Shown: positions 39,662 to 49,863 of the stretch, in pieces
Numbering within the stretch: the first letter of the stretch is position 1
How the letters are laid out: each line of letters begins with the position of its first letter
Assembly: GCA_963668315.1 (NCBI GenBank)
Contig: OY764216.1
Location: 2,880,001 to 2,944,000 of the forward strand
Direction of reading: 5' to 3'
Length of the DNA stretch: 64,000 nt
Source of the DNA: Spirochaetia bacterium
GTDB taxonomy: Bacteria > Spirochaetota > Spirochaetia > DSM-2461
Notes under the pieces: generated by a model
The model's database searches: none
The model's input: only the letters and a program-made list of their open reading frames with translations
What the model was told of the DNA's origin: nothing
Translations under genes and position numbers: made by a program

Positions 39662-39744
39662 AATCCGCTACCTACGCCGGTATTATCCGGTTCAGGTTCT
39701 ATGGGTTTCATCTCAGGCCCTCAACAAGGACCACCCCAGGGATT
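39662..39744 (-). ncRNA. TPP riboswitch
   Basis: Minus strand reads GGGGUG...CUGAGA...ACCC..AGAACCUGA.CCGGAUAAUACCGGCGUAGG; upstream of thiB. Confidence 0.95.
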
Positions 39745-39845
39745 GAAAAAAGAATAGCCAAAAGAGAAAAAAAGATCAAGCCGTCAGGCTCTTCCCCTTT
39801 GTCCGTTTCTTGACATTGATTTAGGCACGCCTTATACTCGGGGCT

Positions 39846-40427
39846 ATGAATACGGCCACTAAAATTACCCTTTCGCGTTTTATCATCACCCCTTTGTTCT
39901 TTCTGGGGTTTTATTTTTTTATCTACCTCTCAGGAGGAGAACCTTCCCCGGCGGGACTGATCCTTTTGTGGATACTTTTCGCGGTCAGCGAAGTTTCCGA
40001 CGTTCTGGACGGACATATCGCCCGCAAGTACAACCAGGTTACCGATCTGGGCAAGCTGATGGATCCCTTTGCGGATGTGATCTTCCGGGTCACCTATTTT
40101 GTCTGCTTCGCCGCGTCCGGCTGGATTCCCTGGTGGGCCGTCATGATTATTCTCTGGCGGGAATTCACCATTATGTTCATCCGTACCCTTCTCATGAAGG
40201 AAGGGACAGCCCTGGCCGCCCGTTTCTGGGGTAAATTCAAGGCGGTATTCTACTTCCTTACCGGACTGGCCGGAATGATCTATGTGACCCTTTCCCGATT
40301 AACAACCTCCTTCCAGGAGGCGGGATTGATCGTCATGTACCTGCTGGCGGGACTCTCGGCCCTCTTTGCACTTATCTCTCTGATCAGTTATCTCATCCTC
40401 TTCGCAGGGAGAAACAAGGGAAAATAA
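39846..40427 (+). CDS. pgsA: CDP-diacylglycerol-glycerol-3-phosphate 3-phosphatidyltransferase
   Basis: SDVLDGHIARK..VTDLGKLMDPFAD, RE, WGKFK. Confidence 0.9.
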   Translation: MNTATKITLSRFIITPLFFLGFYFFIYLSGGEPSPAGLILLWILFAVSEVSDVLDGHIARKYNQVTDLGKLMDPFADVIFRVTYFVCFAASGWIPWWAVMIILWREFTIMFIRTLLMKEGTALAARFWGKFKAVFYFLTGLAGMIYVTLSRLTTSFQEAGLIVMYLLAGLSALFALISLISYLILFAGRNKGK

Positions 40428-40445
40428 TTATTTTTCCCCGGGAGA

Positions 40446-40486
40446 TTGACGAACTTTCCTAGCATCACTATATTAGATGGGACTAA
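40446..40486 (+). promoter_or_regulatory. feoB promoter with a putative DtxR-family operator
   Basis: TTGACG-17-TATATT; TTAG-ATGGGA-CTAA 40473-86 overlaps the -10/+1 region. Confidence 0.55.
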
Positions 40487-40508
40487 CAAAGGAATAAGGA
40501 AGTAATTC

Positions 40509-42431
40509 GTGAAGAATGTACTATTCACCGGTCTCCCGAACAGCGGGAAAACCCATATATTCAATGGCCTGACCGGAAGCTATGACATCGAAGCCAATTA
40601 TGCCTACACCACCATGGATTTCCGCGAAAGAGTGATTACTCTCTCCGGGGAGGAGTGGTGTCTGACCGATAGTCCCGGTTTTCACGGCTTGTACATTCAT
40701 TCCGAGGAGGAGATGCTCCTTCGCGAGTATATCTACAGGAACAAGCCCGATGTTCTTCTTCACTGCATCGATACGGGCCGTTTCAAACAGGGCCTGCTGC
40801 TGGCCCTGGATCTGGCCACCCTGTCCATTCCCATGGTTATCGTCATAAACAATGTGGATAACACCGCTTCGGGGGGAATGATCATTTCCCCGGAAAAACT
40901 GTCCGCGGAAACGGGGATACCCGTGGTCGAGGAGGATACCTTCTCATTCAGGGAGACGGCGGTTATCGGCAACGCCCTGAAAGAGGCATCCCTCCTTAAA
41001 CCGGCCGATCTGCCTGAGCGGGAAAAGCGTCTGCTCGGGGAGTTCGAAGAGAATCTTTTCCCCCTGAACATTCCCTTTAAAAGAACGACGGCCCTTCTTA
41101 TGCTCCAGAACGATGATACTCTGGAACCCTCTCTCCTTTCCCTTACCGGCGAAGAGCTGGCCCGCCTGAAAAGACTGGGGCAGCATATGATTTTCGGGAG
41201 GACAAGGGAGGATTTCAACGCCCAGGTTCTCCGGAGCCGGCAGGAACGGGTGGATCTGCTGGCCGAAGCCTGCCTCCGGGCCAAGGGTTCCTGGAAGGAG
41301 GATTTTCCCGAAAAGCTGGCGGCCATCAGCCGTCATCCCGTGTACGGTCTTCCCCTTCTGGCTCTGACCCTTGTCTCCGGTTATCTTCTTGTCGTCAATC
41401 TGGCAGGTTTCCTGGAAGGGCTTCTTTCCGGTTTTATCTTTGATCCCCTGGTCACCTATCTGTCGGCGCGGATCAATCCGCCTTTTCTCAGGGACATGCT
41501 GGTCGGGGAGTACGGCATCATCACCCTGGGACTTATCGCCGCCCTGGCCACGGTCCTTCCTGTCCTGACGGTCTTTTTTTTCTTTTTCGCCATTATCGAA
41601 GATACGGGCTATCTTCCCAATCTCATGGTTCTTCTGCGGAGGATGGGCGAAAAGCTCGGCCTCTCCGGTAAATCCCTTATGCCCCTGCTGCTGGGGTTCG
41701 GCTGCAAGACCATGGCCACCCTCTCTACGAAAACCATATCCAACAGGAAAGAGAAGCTCATCGCCATATTTCTCATAGGCTTCGCCATCCCCTGTTCCGC
41801 TCAGATGGGCTTGAATATGGCCATCCTGGGGCAGGCGGGAATCGCCGCCTTCCTCGTGGCTCTGATTTTTCTTGTCATGGCGGAAACGGGAGCGGGGCTG
41901 ATTCTCAACCGTATCCTCCCTGAACAGTCGGGTATGCCCTTTATTCAGGAACTGCCGCCCTTCCGCTGGCCCCGCCCGGCGGCGCTCTTCAGGAAAACCG
42001 GTTTCCGCATTATGAATTTTCTGCAGGAATCTCTCATCGTTTTCCTTATCGCCGCGATCTGTCTCTATCTGCTGGATATTACGGGCCTTCTGCTGGCGCT
42101 GAAAAGGCTGGCTTCGCCCATCGTCGTCCACTGGCTGGGCCTGCCGATAGACATGGTGGAGGGGCTGCTTCTCATTCTGGCTCGGAACGAAGCGGGTGCC
42201 GGTTACATCCTGCGCCTGGCATCGGAGGGCGGATTGACCGTACGGCAGACGATTCTGGCCGTTGTTCTGACCACCATGTTTGTTCCCTGTTTCGCCAATA
42301 TGGTCGCCATGGTGCGGGAAAGCGGAAAAAAAATCGGCCTCTTAATGATTCTGGCCATCAATATCTCTTCCCTGCTTCTGGCGGGAGGGCTTAATTTTCT
42401 GATACAGCTGGTCTGGAAGGGGGCCCAATGA
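40509..42431 (+). CDS. feoB: Ferrous iron transporter B
   Basis: GLPNSGKT, DSPG, EDTGY, LLGFGC, IPCSAQ, ELPP, FVPC. Confidence 0.92.
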   Translation: MKNVLFTGLPNSGKTHIFNGLTGSYDIEANYAYTTMDFRERVITLSGEEWCLTDSPGFHGLYIHSEEEMLLREYIYRNKPDVLLHCIDTGRFKQGLLLALDLATLSIPMVIVINNVDNTASGGMIISPEKLSAETGIPVVEEDTFSFRETAVIGNALKEASLLKPADLPEREKRLLGEFEENLFPLNIPFKRTTALLMLQNDDTLEPSLLSLTGEELARLKRLGQHMIFGRTREDFNAQVLRSRQERVDLLAEACLRAKGSWKEDFPEKLAAISRHPVYGLPLLALTLVSGYLLVVNLAGFLEGLLSGFIFDPLVTYLSARINPPFLRDMLVGEYGIITLGLIAALATVLPVLTVFFFFFAIIEDTGYLPNLMVLLRRMGEKLGLSGKSLMPLLLGFGCKTMATLSTKTISNRKEKLIAIFLIGFAIPCSAQMGLNMAILGQAGIAAFLVALIFLVMAETGAGLILNRILPEQSGMPFIQELPPFRWPRPAALFRKTGFRIMNFLQESLIVFLIAAICLYLLDITGLLLALKRLASPIVVHWLGLPIDMVEGLLLILARNEAGAGYILRLASEGGLTVRQTILAVVLTTMFVPCFANMVAMVRESGKKIGLLMILAINISSLLLAGGLNFLIQLVWKGAQ

Positions 42432-43192
42432 CAAATATCACACGTTTGGAAGATGAGCATCTGGAAGTTCTCTGGCTTCTGGAGGAGAAGGGACTTTCCA
42501 GTGAGAGGGCCCTGTCCGAAAGACTGGGAGGCCAGTATGATCCGTCCATTATGGAGAGACTGGAAGAGAGGGGGCTGTTAAAAGGCCTTCTCCTGACCGA
42601 GGGGGGGAAGGACTATACGAAAAGGCTCATAAGGGCCCACCGTCTGGCTGAGCGTCTCCTGAACGATGTTCTGGGCTTACGCGATTACGAAGTGGGAGCC
42701 TGTGAGTTTGAGCATATCATGAACCGGGAGATCCTCGACGGGCTGTGTACTCTTCTCGGCCATCCGACCCAGTGCCCCCACGGCCTTCCCATTCCCCCGG
42801 GAGACTGCTGCATCAAAAAGGAGAGCCACGTTAACCAGGCGGTTCACTCCCTTACTTCCCTGCGGCCGGGGGAGAGTCTGAAAATCCTCTACATACAAAC
42901 CCAGAACGACAGGGAGCTGCATATCCTGGAGGGGATGCAGATCCGACCGGGAAAAACGGTAAAAATTCATCAGACACGGCCGGCTCTGGTCATAGAAGTG
43001 GAAGGGACCCATATCGCCCTGGACGAATCGGTGGGAGATAAGATTCTCGGGCTTACGGAAGACCTTGATAACGAACTGCCCCGGGAGCGGGGGGCGGGAA
43101 ACAGGGGCAGACGCCCAGGATCACGCCGTCACGGCCGGGGCCGGGGGTTTCACCGGCACGACCATAATCCCAAAGCGGGATTGGATATATAA
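42428..43192 (+). CDS. DtxR/MntR-family metalloregulator with a FeoA-like domain
   Basis: IRAHRLAERLL, ACEFEH, LGHPTQCPHGLPIP. Confidence 0.9.
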   Translation: MTNITRLEDEHLEVLWLLEEKGLSSERALSERLGGQYDPSIMERLEERGLLKGLLLTEGGKDYTKRLIRAHRLAERLLNDVLGLRDYEVGACEFEHIMNREILDGLCTLLGHPTQCPHGLPIPPGDCCIKKESHVNQAVHSLTSLRPGESLKILYIQTQNDRELHILEGMQIRPGKTVKIHQTRPALVIEVEGTHIALDESVGDKILGLTEDLDNELPRERGAGNRGRRPGSRRHGRGRGFHRHDHNPKAGLDI

Positions 43193-44406
43193 TAGATATC
43201 CTCTCCCTTCACGCTGTTCCAGCCGTCCTTAAGCCTGTCGGAATCGTAGAGAGATTCGGTTGCCGCCAGATCGGCATAGCGGAAACCGGCGTTTTCTATC
43301 TCTTCCCTTGAAAGGCCGCCCGGGCAGTAGGTAATGGAGAACCGTCCCTCGGAAGAACCGTGGATAAGATGGGCCGCCGCGCTCAGGTTGGCGGCAAGAT
43401 CCTCCTCCTTCTCCACCAGTTCCAGAGTGCGCGGCGTTCCCTTATAGCCGTAGCGGCGGATGAGCCCGTCTATGGTCTTGTCCTCTCCGAATTCCCTGAC
43501 CCCCGGAGCCAGAACAATAAGTTCTCCCCCGTCCGCCATAGCCATTCTTGTGCGGTAGATGGACTTGTTGCCCAGCCAGGTTGACTTGAACTCATCCCCG
43601 TCCAGCCGGACGATACATTTGCGGAAGGGCTTGTCCACACGGATAAAATTGATCTCCTTCGAAAGGGCCGCCGCCCGGAGATAGCACTCCCTGTCATTGC
43701 CGATGAAAAGACCCCTGACCGCCAGGGAACCGTCCTTCCGTGCGCCGATGACGGTGAGGACATACACCAGGGGAAGATGGGCGGCAAAATGATCCGCTCC
43801 GTAATTCAGAACCCTTCTTACCGGGGAATCCGCCTCACCCATGATCCTCTCCATACCGTAGACGGCCCCCAGGAAATGGCTTTTGTGAATGGCCTCTTCC
43901 CCTCCGGTGCCCACAAAGACGTTTTTCGTGTAATTGGCCATGCCGATGACTTCATGGGGAACCACCTGGCCGATGGAGAGAATGAGATCATGGCCCCCCT
44001 CTGCCAGGAGGCGGTTTACCTGGGCGGGCCAGTCGTAGTGGAGCTTCCCTTCGGAAACTTCTTCGATAAAGGAGGCGGGAACTCTTCCCAGGGTCACCAG
44101 GTCTTCCCTCCATTGATGCTCCCGGAAAAGGGAGAGAGGGACGGGACCGAACATTTTTCCTATCTGTTCCGGCGACATGGGGGCATGGGTTCCCAGGGCG
44201 GGCATGACGTCGCTCAGTGAGTCTCCGTAGTGCTCCCAGGCCATTCTGGTCAGATCTCCCGCCCTTGAATGGAACCGGGTGAAATCCGGAGGAAGGGCAA
44301 GGACCTTTTTTCTTGAACCCAGCTTTGCGAAAGCCTCTTCCAGGCCTTCCCTCAAATCGGAATCGGACAGATCATCGGTGGGCGATCCCTTGGAAAAATA
44401 GATCAT
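43150..44406 (-). CDS. LarA-like (DUF2088) racemase/epimerase-domain protein
   Basis: PPDFTR, ALGTH.PM, EH.W, GQVVPHEVIG. Confidence 0.8.
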   Translation of the reverse strand: MIYFSKGSPTDDLSDSDLREGLEEAFAKLGSRKKVLALPPDFTRFHSRAGDLTRMAWEHYGDSLSDVMPALGTHAPMSPEQIGKMFGPVPLSLFREHQWREDLVTLGRVPASFIEEVSEGKLHYDWPAQVNRLLAEGGHDLILSIGQVVPHEVIGMANYTKNVFVGTGGEEAIHKSHFLGAVYGMERIMGEADSPVRRVLNYGADHFAAHLPLVYVLTVIGARKDGSLAVRGLFIGNDRECYLRAAALSKEINFIRVDKPFRKCIVRLDGDEFKSTWLGNKSIYRTRMAMADGGELIVLAPGVREFGEDKTIDGLIRRYGYKGTPRTLELVEKEEDLAANLSAAAHLIHGSSEGRFSITYCPGGLSREEIENAGFRYADLAATESLYDSDRLKDGWNSVKGEDIYYISNPALGLWSCR

Positions 44407-44463
44407 TTTTTTTCTCCCCGTTTCATTAACTGTACTATGGTTTTACCCCGCTGGCAAGATATT

Positions 44464-45285
44464 TCAGACCCGCTCCAGAATCCACCGGGCATAATCGCGC
44501 CGTACCTCATCCCCGCAGCTGTCGTTTATCAGGTTGTGATAGGCATCGGGGTATACCTTCAGGGTTTTATCATCGGAAGCAGCCTTTTCGTAGAATAGGG
44601 AAATCGGTTCGAGGGGAACCATTTTGTCTCCCGAACCATAGGCAATGAGAAGGGGCGTCGGGAAGTCCGGCGCTCCGGCCAGCAGCCGCTTCTGGGCTTT
44701 GATCATCTCGCTGCCCCAGCGGGCCGTCACTCTTCCGTCGCAGAGGGGGTCTTCATCATACCGACGGACGACCTGTTCCTCCCGGCTGACATAATCTGAT
44801 TTCAGGCCGATATCTATGCGCAGGGCGGGAAAGAGTTTGGATATAAGAGAGCTGACCATAACAAGAAAGGGAGGGACATTGTCGGTGCCGAGACCGGGGG
44901 AAGAGGCGATGACTCCGGCCGATTTTTCTCTGCTTCCCAGGGCAAAGTCGAGGACAACGGTTCCCCCCATGCTGAATCCCAGAAGAAACACAGGGAGATG
45001 GAAATAGCGCCTTTTCTGCAGGAACATCACCTCGGCGAGATCGCTGCGGTACTCCTCCCAGCGGGAAATATACATTCGTCTGCCCGCCGACCGGCCCGCT
45101 CCCCGGCAGTCATAGGCCAGCACGGCGATTCCCCTTTCGGATAGGGCCAGGCATGCCTCTTCATACATTCCCCCGTGCTCACCCGTTCCGTGGACGAGAA
45201 TTAAAGAGGCCCGGGGTTCCTCCGGATCGAAAAAGCGTATGAAAAGTTCCGTCCCGTCTCTGGTCATAAGAGTCGTCTCTTCCAT
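44464..45285 (-). CDS. Alpha/beta hydrolase (lysophospholipase/monoacylglycerol lipase family)
   Basis: HGTGEH, D.RG.GRS.G, GFSMGG, D..V, YHNL. Confidence 0.88.
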   Translation of the reverse strand: MEETTLMTRDGTELFIRFFDPEEPRASLILVHGTGEHGGMYEEACLALSERGIAVLAYDCRGAGRSAGRRMYISRWEEYRSDLAEVMFLQKRRYFHLPVFLLGFSMGGTVVLDFALGSREKSAGVIASSPGLGTDNVPPFLVMVSSLISKLFPALRIDIGLKSDYVSREEQVVRRYDEDPLCDGRVTARWGSEMIKAQKRLLAGAPDFPTPLLIAYGSGDKMVPLEPISLFYEKAASDDKTLKVYPDAYHNLINDSCGDEVRRDYARWILERV

Positions 45286-45440
45286 ATTGATACTCCTTGA
45301 AGGAAGATGTACTGATTGAATTTTAATCCACTTTGAAGGGGGATGCAAAATCTCGCCCCGCTCCCTTAGGGGGATTTCCGAAAAAACTGGCCATTTCATC
45401 CTATTCATGATAAGGTGTTCACCGGAGGATAGACTACTGT

Positions 45441-46184
45441 ATGAGAGAGCCCAAACCTAAAACCGAAGCCGCCGTCCGATCGGGAGTGGTCGTTTCACTG
45501 ATTGAAGAAATGCTGGAGTCCGATGAGGGGCTCAGAGCGTCCCTGCCTTCCGGTGCGTACGCCGTCGCCCTGTCCGCTCCGGAGGGTCTTCGCCGGAAAG
45601 TGAGTTTCAACGGAGGGAGGAGCGGGGTCTCCCTGTTTTTTCCCCGGTGGCAAAATATGACTTCCCTTCTTTCCGGAGAGAAGGGGACGGTTATTCCCCT
45701 CCCTTCCGGCACCGCTTTCCCCAAGGCGGTCAAGGCGTTTCAGAAGGCGGCGGGAGCCGTCGCCTCCGCCATGGGGGAAAAGCCCGTTGACGGCGATGTG
45801 GAGGGGCTTGAGAAAAAGACGCGCCTTTTACTGACCGCCGCGCTGAGGGGGGTCTGCGAAGTATACAATTACGACCACTGGGTCGATGTCAAAGCCCGGA
45901 ATATTCCTGCGGGAAGAATCGGCGTCAGGGTCGCGGACCGGCCCGATATGTGCGGGGTTCTGACCCTTGACGGTAAGACCATGACCCTGAGCCGCAGGGA
46001 CTATACCGACCGGGTCAATGCGGTGCTGGAGTTCCGCGACCCCTCCGTCTGCTACGCCGTTCTGACCGGGGCCGAACCGGCCCTGGGAGCGCTGGGGGAC
46101 GGACGGGTGATGATTAGGGGGCGTTTGCCCATGATACAGGGGCTTTTTCCCCTGCTGGACAGATTCGGGGAGATAATGGGATGA
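45441..46184 (+). CDS. Hypothetical protein with a possible SCP2-like C-terminal domain
   Basis: SD GGAGG; LEFRD....AVLTG......ALGDGRVMIRG resembles the SCP2 pattern; ATGA overlap with the next gene. Confidence 0.55.
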   Translation: MREPKPKTEAAVRSGVVVSLIEEMLESDEGLRASLPSGAYAVALSAPEGLRRKVSFNGGRSGVSLFFPRWQNMTSLLSGEKGTVIPLPSGTAFPKAVKAFQKAAGAVASAMGEKPVDGDVEGLEKKTRLLLTAALRGVCEVYNYDHWVDVKARNIPAGRIGVRVADRPDMCGVLTLDGKTMTLSRRDYTDRVNAVLEFRDPSVCYAVLTGAEPALGALGDGRVMIRGRLPMIQGLFPLLDRFGEIMG

Positions 46185-47395
46185 GATACGAGAAAAGTCA
46201 GGAAATATACAAACGAGCCATCAAGTGCATACCCGGGGGGATTTACGGGTCGAAAAGTCCCGGATTCACCGTGCCGGGGCAGTTCCCCTACTATTTTACC
46301 GAAGGCGAGGGCTGCCGGGTCAAGGATCCCGACGGGAACGAGTATATCGATTATCTGTGCGGTTTCGGTTCGATGCTTCTGGGATTCGGCCATCCCCGGG
46401 TGGACGAGCCGGCCATCGCACAGCTCAGGAAAGGGGACCTTCTGGACTGCCCTTCACCGGTCATGGTGGATCTGGCGGAGAGGCTGGCCTCGTTGATCGA
46501 CGGCATGGACTGGACGGTCTTCGCCAAAAACGGGACGGATGCGACGAATCTGGCCGTATCCCTGGCCCGGGTGCATACGGGGAAAAAACGCATTCTCATG
46601 GCCCGGGGGGCGTACCACGGTTCGGCCAACTGGTGCTCCACCAACGACTATCCCGTTCTGGATGACAAAGTCCATGTGCATACCTTTCCCTACGGAGACG
46701 AAGCGGCCCTGGAAGAGCTGTTTGAGAGGTATAAGGGGGAGATCGCCTGTATCATTCTCACCCCCTATCACCATCCGACTTACGGAAATCAGATACTGCC
46801 GGAAACAAGCTGGTACCCCAGGGTGGAGAGCCTTTGCGATTCCGAGGGAGCCCTCTTCATCATGGATGATATCCGGGCGAATTTCCGTCTCTCCCTCAAC
46901 GGTTCCCACAGTTACTTCGGGGCCCGTCCCCATATGGTGACCATGGGGAAATCCCTGGCCAACGGCTATCCCATCGCCGCCCTGATGGGAACGGAGAAGT
47001 TGAAATCCACGGCGGGGGGCTTTTTCATCACCGGAACCTTCTGGACCTCTTCTGTGCCGATGATCGCCGCCATGCACTGTCTGGATGTGATGGAGGAGGA
47101 GAAGGTGCAGGATCACGTTCTGAGGGTGGGGCGTCTGCTCAAGGACGGCCTGAAGCAGGCTGCCGCCGACGCCGGCCATGAAGTAACCCTGTCCGGTCCC
47201 GATTCCATCCCCTTCATGACCTTCGACCGTGATCCCGATTCCTATCTGAGTCAGCAGTTTTCCGCCTCCATGGCCCGGAGGGGCGTCTATCTTCACCCCC
47301 ACCACAACTGGTTCCTCTCCCTGGCTCACAAGGAGGAGGATATCGCCGAAACGGTGGAGAAGGCTGCCCTGGCTTTTAAGGAGCTAGAGGGCTGA
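46181..47395 (+). CDS. Class III PLP aminotransferase (GSA-aminomutase-like)
   Basis: DPDGNEYIDY.CGFG..LLG, KNGTDAT, YHG, MDDIR..FR, GKSLANG, GTF. Confidence 0.88.
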   Translation: MRYEKSQEIYKRAIKCIPGGIYGSKSPGFTVPGQFPYYFTEGEGCRVKDPDGNEYIDYLCGFGSMLLGFGHPRVDEPAIAQLRKGDLLDCPSPVMVDLAERLASLIDGMDWTVFAKNGTDATNLAVSLARVHTGKKRILMARGAYHGSANWCSTNDYPVLDDKVHVHTFPYGDEAALEELFERYKGEIACIILTPYHHPTYGNQILPETSWYPRVESLCDSEGALFIMDDIRANFRLSLNGSHSYFGARPHMVTMGKSLANGYPIAALMGTEKLKSTAGGFFITGTFWTSSVPMIAAMHCLDVMEEEKVQDHVLRVGRLLKDGLKQAAADAGHEVTLSGPDSIPFMTFDRDPDSYLSQQFSASMARRGVYLHPHHNWFLSLAHKEEDIAETVEKAALAFKELEG

Positions 47396-48532
47396 CATCA
47401 GTTTGAACATGAGAATCCCCAGGTAGTTCCCCAGGGCGTATCCCATCAGGCCGGCGGTTATGCCAGGCCCGATGAGGGACGGTCTTTTCAGGGCCGTGCC
47501 GGTGACGCCCACAAAGGGAGGGGAGCAGATGGCCGCCGTACTGGCGATGAGCATGGTATCCACGTCTATCCGGAAAATCCGGCAGAGCACCACATGGACG
47601 ATCATGGAAAAGAAGAGGGCGTAGGCCACGAAGAGAAACACGCCGGGAGTGGAGCCCAGGATGCGGGAAAAATCCCCCATAGCCCCGGTGGAAGCGCTGA
47701 ATACCAGGATAAAATACTCCCCGAAGGCGAAGGTATCGGGAATATTTCTGACCTTTTCATTCAGTGAAGCCAGGAGGCTGAGAGTGGTGATGACAAGTAT
47801 GACAACGAGGGTCTGATTCTCCTGGCCGACGAAAAGGGTGAAAGAGGCTCCCACGGCGAATATGATAACCGCCAGCAGCAGCGCCAATGCCAGAGGCCCG
47901 GTTTTTTCCCGGGTGAAAACTTCCCTGAGAGGCTTCAGCTCCTCCCCGTAGTCCCGGCCCTCATCCTCCCGTTCCGTTATCGATTCCTGTCTGAGGACGC
48001 GGGAGAGGACGGGGCGGGCGACGGTAATGACGAACATCAGGTAGAGGGAGCTCAGAAGAATATCCGAGGCATGGACGGCCAGGTAGAGATCCGCCGGAAC
48101 GGACAGGGCCGATCTTATGGCCGCCAGATTGGGCGTTCCCCCCGTATATACCCCCACAAGCATGCCGGCCAGGCGGGGGAAATCCTCCAGCCGGGGGGCG
48201 AAGAAGAACCGGCCCATTCCCAGAGTCAGTGCAATGGAACAGGCGGCCAGGGCCATGGCAATACCGGTTTTCCCCGATTCGGCGAACCAGGTACGGATAT
48301 TGACCGAGAAGAGCATGAGTGGGATGGAGAGGGCCACCGTGACGGTGGCAATAGTGTCCAGAAGGGGGGCGGCCTCCTCCCCGATGATGCCGGCGTTCAC
48401 CAGAATCAGACCGAAAAGGTAGGCGGCCACTATGGGATTGATCTTTCTGAGAAGGGGGTAGGTCGTCCGTGCATAGTGGACTCCTACGGGAAAGCCGAAC
48501 ATGGCGGCTGAGAGAAGCACTGTTTCCGTCAT
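47384..48532 (-). CDS. DUF819-family membrane protein
   Basis: GVYTGGTPNLAA, ICSPPFV, GLMGYALGNYLG. Confidence 0.8.
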   Translation of the reverse strand: MTETVLLSAAMFGFPVGVHYARTTYPLLRKINPIVAAYLFGLILVNAGIIGEEAAPLLDTIATVTVALSIPLMLFSVNIRTWFAESGKTGIAMALAACSIALTLGMGRFFFAPRLEDFPRLAGMLVGVYTGGTPNLAAIRSALSVPADLYLAVHASDILLSSLYLMFVITVARPVLSRVLRQESITEREDEGRDYGEELKPLREVFTREKTGPLALALLLAVIIFAVGASFTLFVGQENQTLVVILVITTLSLLASLNEKVRNIPDTFAFGEYFILVFSASTGAMGDFSRILGSTPGVFLFVAYALFFSMIVHVVLCRIFRIDVDTMLIASTAAICSPPFVGVTGTALKRPSLIGPGITAGLMGYALGNYLGILMFKLMSAL

Positions 48533-48609
48533 AGGGACATATCCTAGACGCAGGGGAGAATTACGTCAAGTTTATTAAGGATTATCCCCCGGGGAGAAAG
48601 GAAAAAACG

Positions 48610-49863
48610 CTATAAATCACGGGAATAGAGGGTGATGCGGTTCTTTCCCCTCTTCTTGGACTGGTACATGGCTTCATCGGCCCTGCTGATAATGTTCTTT
48701 TCATCCCCTTCCCAGTGGCGGCTGCAGAGGATTCCCATGCTCAGGGTAGGCTGCCGGTCGAATCCCAGGTCGGAAAGGGCTTCCCGGCTTTTAGCCTGAA
48801 AACGGTCTCGGATGCCTTCCGCTGCGTTCAGAGCCTGTTCTGGAGGGCAGTCATCCATAAGAAGGAGGAACTCATCCCCGCCGATTCGGGCGGGAATATC
48901 GCTTTCCCGGGTCTCATGGAGGAGAACCTCGCCCAGAATCTTAAGGATTTCATCACCCCCTTCGTGACCCGCTTCATCGTTGATCTCCTTCATCCCGTCC
49001 AGGTCGATGTAGAGTAGGGCGTAGAGGCGGAAATTCCTCCTCAGCTGGGATATGCAGTGGGAGAGGCTTTCCCAGATATAATCCCTTGAATAGACACCGG
49101 TCAGACCGTCATGGATGAGATCTTCCAGATACCGGGTCATCTCCTGCTCCAGAATCTCCTTTTCCTTCTGATCCTTACAGATGAAGGACTGGGTGTACCA
49201 GGTGAAACAGGCGGTCATGATGATCATGCCGATCCAGGACTGGGTTCTGGCCAGGGAGAACACAGCTGAGAGCAGTCCGTAGGCCCCCAGTACAAGAAAG
49301 CCTCCTGCCAGACCGATCATTAAAGGGCGGAATTCCCCGGCTTCCTTTCTCAGGAATACGGAGAGAGAGGTTCTTATGACCAGATAGGCGCAGATCAGAA
49401 TGTTGAGGATAATAAAGGGGGAAAATAACTCTCCTTTGACGAGGGAGTTATGGTTTTTTGCAGGATTCAGAACGGGAAGGAAGTAGTGATTTCCCTTCAG
49501 CCAGATCGAAAGGGTCAGCAGAATGAGGACCGTGAAGAGCCCCGCCCTAGTGATGGGGGGGATTTTTTTTATCCGATTGCTGAAAAGGGCGCCGGTCAGA
49601 GCGATGAGAAGGATGGCCGTGTAGTTCATCCTTGTCCAGAATAGTACCGAAGGAATACCCGGCAGCCAGGAGTAGAGGGAAAAACTGAATAGATGGAGAA
49701 AAATCGCCAGCTGAATAAGAATGATCTCCCCGATCGGCCTGTCCGTGCGGATGGTTCTGGCCTGTGATGCCAGAACCAGGGTTAAGCTGAGGATGATCAG
49801 AGCCGAGAGCAGGCTGATGGCGCTGTCGCAGGGGATATGGATATAGGAAGAGGAATCGGTCAC
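48610..49863 (-). CDS. Membrane-anchored diguanylate cyclase
   Basis: About 7 TM; DGLTG, DLD..K.IND..GH, RESD..ARIGGDEF. Confidence 0.92.
   Translation of the reverse strand: MTDSSSYIHIPCDSAISLLSALIILSLTLVLASQARTIRTDRPIGEIILIQLAIFLHLFSFSLYSWLPGIPSVLFWTRMNYTAILLIALTGALFSNRIKKIPPITRAGLFTVLILLTLSIWLKGNHYFLPVLNPAKNHNSLVKGELFSPFIILNILICAYLVIRTSLSVFLRKEAGEFRPLMIGLAGGFLVLGAYGLLSAVFSLARTQSWIGMIIMTACFTWYTQSFICKDQKEKEILEQEMTRYLEDLIHDGLTGVYSRDYIWESLSHCISQLRRNFRLYALLYIDLDGMKEINDEAGHEGGDEILKILGEVLLHETRESDIPARIGGDEFLLLMDDCPPEQALNAAEGIRDRFQAKSREALSDLGFDRQPTLSMGILCSRHWEGDEKNIISRADEAMYQSKKRGKNRITLYSRDL

Noticed and set aside
46181..47395. Naming the aminotransferase hemL
   Set aside because: Family motifs diverge from HemL and there is no tetrapyrrole gene context
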